From Sphaerodactylus townsendi (taxonomy: Eukaryota), in assembly GCF_021028975.2 (NCBI RefSeq), contig NC_059429.1, positions 24,428,001 to 24,492,000 on the forward strand: a stretch of 64,000 nucleotides of DNA, written 5' to 3'. This document shows, piece after piece, positions 61,070 through 64,000 of the stretch (the first letter of the stretch is position 1; each line of letters opens with the position of its first letter). The notes under the pieces were generated by a model. It was not told the origin of the DNA and searched no databases. It was given only the letters and a program-made list of their open reading frames with translations. Both the position numbers and the translations under genes were made by a program.

Positions 61070-61720
61070 CTATATCCCACAACAAATGTCATCATGATTT
61101 TCTTGTATATTCAATAAAAATGTAAGAATTGCCCTACTAGATTAGACTAAGGTCGGCTTAGCTTTAAATCGGGACCAATCAGATGCCTCTGAGAAACCCA
61201 CAAACAAGAATGCTACGCTCCTTTCCTCAGAACACAGAAGTTCTCAGGAAGCACTTGAGTAGCACTGATGCTTCTTAGGAGCAGGGAAACATTGTTTCAC
61301 ATATGGACCAGGGACATTCCCACAAACAACACATAGCAATATTAAATCCAGACAGAAATCTGATGTTTTCCAATTTATTACCCACACATTAGAAACACTG
61401 TAATAGGTTATGCATTTACTTAAAACTTCCAAAAATCAATCTATGCATTTTATTCCTCAAATATCACCAGCTTGATGCTTATTGTGAGTTATCTGCCATT
61501 TCTCTAAGCGATTATAGTATCTTCAGGCAATGAGGGTTCAATGCTGCATGGAAACCACACAGTCTGATTTGGCGATAAGCCCTCTACAAGTTACCACCTG
61601 TAAACCTCAACTGGTTTTGGTCATGGAAATCAGCATGCATTCCAGAACGACCAGCATTCTGAGAGTTTCTAGTTACATATCAAGTACAATTACCTGATCA
61701 ACAGAACAGTTGCAACATAC

Positions 61721-61993
61721 CTTGAGTGTTTTTACAGCAACTGTGAGGTTGTATTTCTTCCAAACCCCAACATACACTTCACCATACTGTCCTCCCCCAA
61801 GTTTGTGCTTCATGGTGATGTCTGTTCGTTCCATCTCCCATTTGTCATGGATTGGGGACACTCCATAGACTGTGGGCTTATTGCACTTTGGAGCTGGATA
61901 GTGCAAGGTTGTCACCAGGCCATCAGCTACTGTTGAATGATGGTGAACCAACTCTGCCAGTGTGCTGAAGCGGCTTTCAGCTGTTACGTACAC
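61721..61993 (-). CDS. ABL2: ABL2 exon (SH2 end, linker, kinase P-loop)
   Basis: [20 protein letters not shown]...[27 protein letters not shown]. Confidence 0.97.
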
Positions 61994-62636
61994 CTGTTAA
62001 GAGGGAAGCAAAGAGCTGCAAAGAAACCACATAGAGAGCCAGCGCGGTGTAGTGGTTAAGAGCAGGTGCACTCTAATCTGGAGAACCGGGTTTGATTCCC
62101 CACTCTGCCACTTGAGCTGTGGAGGCTTATCTAGTGAACTAGATTAGCTTGTGCACTCCAACACATGCCAGCTGGGTGACCTTGAGATAGTCACAGTTCT
62201 TTGGTGCTCTCTCAGCCCCATCTACCTCACAGGGTGTTTGTTGTGAGGGGGGAAGGGAAAGGAGTTTGTAAGTCCCTTTGAGTCTCCTTACAGGACAGAA
62301 AGGGGGGATATAAATCCAACTCTTCTTCTTCTTGGTGGTGGTTGTATTGCCCAGAATAATGGAAAAGAGACAAGCAAGGCCTGTAAACTCAGTGTTTGCT
62401 TGGATCTAGTCTGGCACAAGAGGTGCTGATTACTTATGCTTCCTTCCAAGAGGAGATCTTTTGGTTCATTTAGCTTTTCTAGGGGAGATCAGAATTACTG
62501 AGTAGTATTTACAGAAGGAAATCCTTTAGCACAACGGCAACCAGCATTTACAGTATCCTACTGATTTAAACGACAGGCAATAAAAGCAAGAAGATAGGAA
62601 ATAAAATCAAAATTGGGTGCTCCCAAGGTGATTTAC

Positions 62637-62932
62637 CTTGCCATCTGGGGTGGTATTGATCCTGTAGTGGTAAACACGTCCCTCGTACCTAAGTGAGATG
62701 GACAATTGTCCTGGGCTGCTCTCACTTTCCCGAACTAGGAAGCTGCCATTAATGAGGCTGCTCAGCAGATACTCAGCTGCGCTGCGTGACACTGGTCCGT
62801 GATACCAGGAATGCTTCTCCAGACTGTTCACTGGGGTGATGTAGTTACTAGGTACCCATCCCTGCCCGTTCTTAGAGCGTACCTCACTCCATTCACCGTT
62901 CTGGTTGTAACCCAATACTCGTAACTTCTCAC
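62637..62932 (-). CDS. ABL2: ABL2 exon (end of SH3, start of SH2); upstream exons lie beyond the window
   Basis: [50 protein letters not shown]...[12 protein letters not shown]; AG/GT boundaries. Confidence 0.97.
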
Positions 62933-63321
62933 CTAAAAGGGGTGGCAGGTGGGGGTTAGGGAAAGAGAACCAATACAGCAAAATGAGATTTTTGAATTTT
63001 TTAATATTGTTCTTATTCAGAGATGAAATGAAAATCACATGATAATACAACAAAAACATCAGTAAGTAAGGCATAAAGTATTTCTAAAAAGGATATCCTA
63101 TTATTTCCAAGCTAGATATAGCAGACCATAGACCCAGGCCCCGCCGGACCTTTCTAAGTTCTGCAGGGCCTGTAAGACAGAGCTATTCCATCAGGCCTAT
63201 GGTTGAGGACAGCAATGGCATGTGCCATTGTATCTAGCCTCTCTGTCCCTACCCGTTTGATTCCTCTTGTCTTTCCCTTTTCCCATTTCCTTTCTTATAC
63301 CCCATTATCCATTATTTAGAT

Positions 63322-63476
63322 CAGTGGTTCTCAACCTGGGGGTTGGGACCCCTTTGGGGGTTGAACAACCCTTTCACAGGGGTCGCCTAAGACTCTCTGC
63401 ATCAGTGTTGGGGGGTCACCACAACATGAGGAGCTGTATTAAAGGGTCGCGGCATTAGGAAGGTTGAGGACCACTG
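63322..63476 (-). mobile_element. SPIN/URR1-like hAT MITE, second copy
   Basis: Reverse-complement relative of 3835-4014; 8-bp TSD ATTTAGAT. Confidence 0.85.
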
Positions 63477-64000
63477 ATTTAGATGAATTTTATGGCACCA
63501 CTGAAGTTTTAATAGTAATAGGTTTTTAATTGATTTTTGTAAGATGCCCTGAGTTCATTGTTGGGGAAGGAAGGAATATTAATCAAATTAAAAATATATA
63601 TATATTTTAAAAAGCAAAAACTGTGTGGGTCTACTTTATTATGCCAGCACCTCTATAGTTATCTGGAGTGTAAGGCTGCCCCAGAACACAGGAAAGGAGC
63701 AGCTAAAAACACTCCTTTCTCTCTTAGACCCAAGGTATAGAAAGTTCATCTTAAAAGAAAACACTTTGATTAGCTGAAATCACTTCAGGTTCCAGGTGCA
63801 AAATATGGCCCGTGTTTGGGGAAAAGGATAAACATTACAGAAGACTAAAATAAATTAAGACAATTAAGACCCACCTCCTGGACTTCAACAACACTCCCAA
63901 AAGCAAATGTTCAGTTAAGTGTTTTTGAGTTAATCAGGGTATAGGCACAACCTCAGGCCACAGTAAGCACTGCCCCAAATAAATATTAGCAAAAGAAACA

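Overview
Vertebrate genomic DNA from a squamate reptile, probably a gecko judging by its SINE, MITE and Penelope repeats. It contains a complete 6-exon TOR3A gene (+ strand, CDS 23650-33590, 409 aa by my splice reconstruction). Convergent with it is the 3' part of ABL2 (- strand): 9 coding exons from mid-SH3 through SH2 and the kinase domain to the last exon (62932 down to 46817), followed by a roughly 6 kb 3'UTR. A CpG-island promoter with a - strand first exon lies at about 12.3-13.2 kb; I could not find its coding exons in the window. The rest is a dense transposon landscape: a near full-length but decayed Rex1/Babar-type LINE, a Penelope remnant with a GIY-YIG domain, many short Penelope-derived repeats carrying minimal hammerhead-ribozyme motifs (often as foldbacks), tRNA-derived SINEs, CR1 and L2 fragments, and hAT (including SPIN-like), Tc2-like and Harbinger-like MITEs. 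I see no convincing wholly new biological system. The best leads are the foldback hammerhead elements, an in-frame exitron in the last ABL2 exon, a GC-rich leader that appears to have inserted together with the Rex1 LINE, and the orphan promoter. All family names come from recognition by eye, not from database searches.
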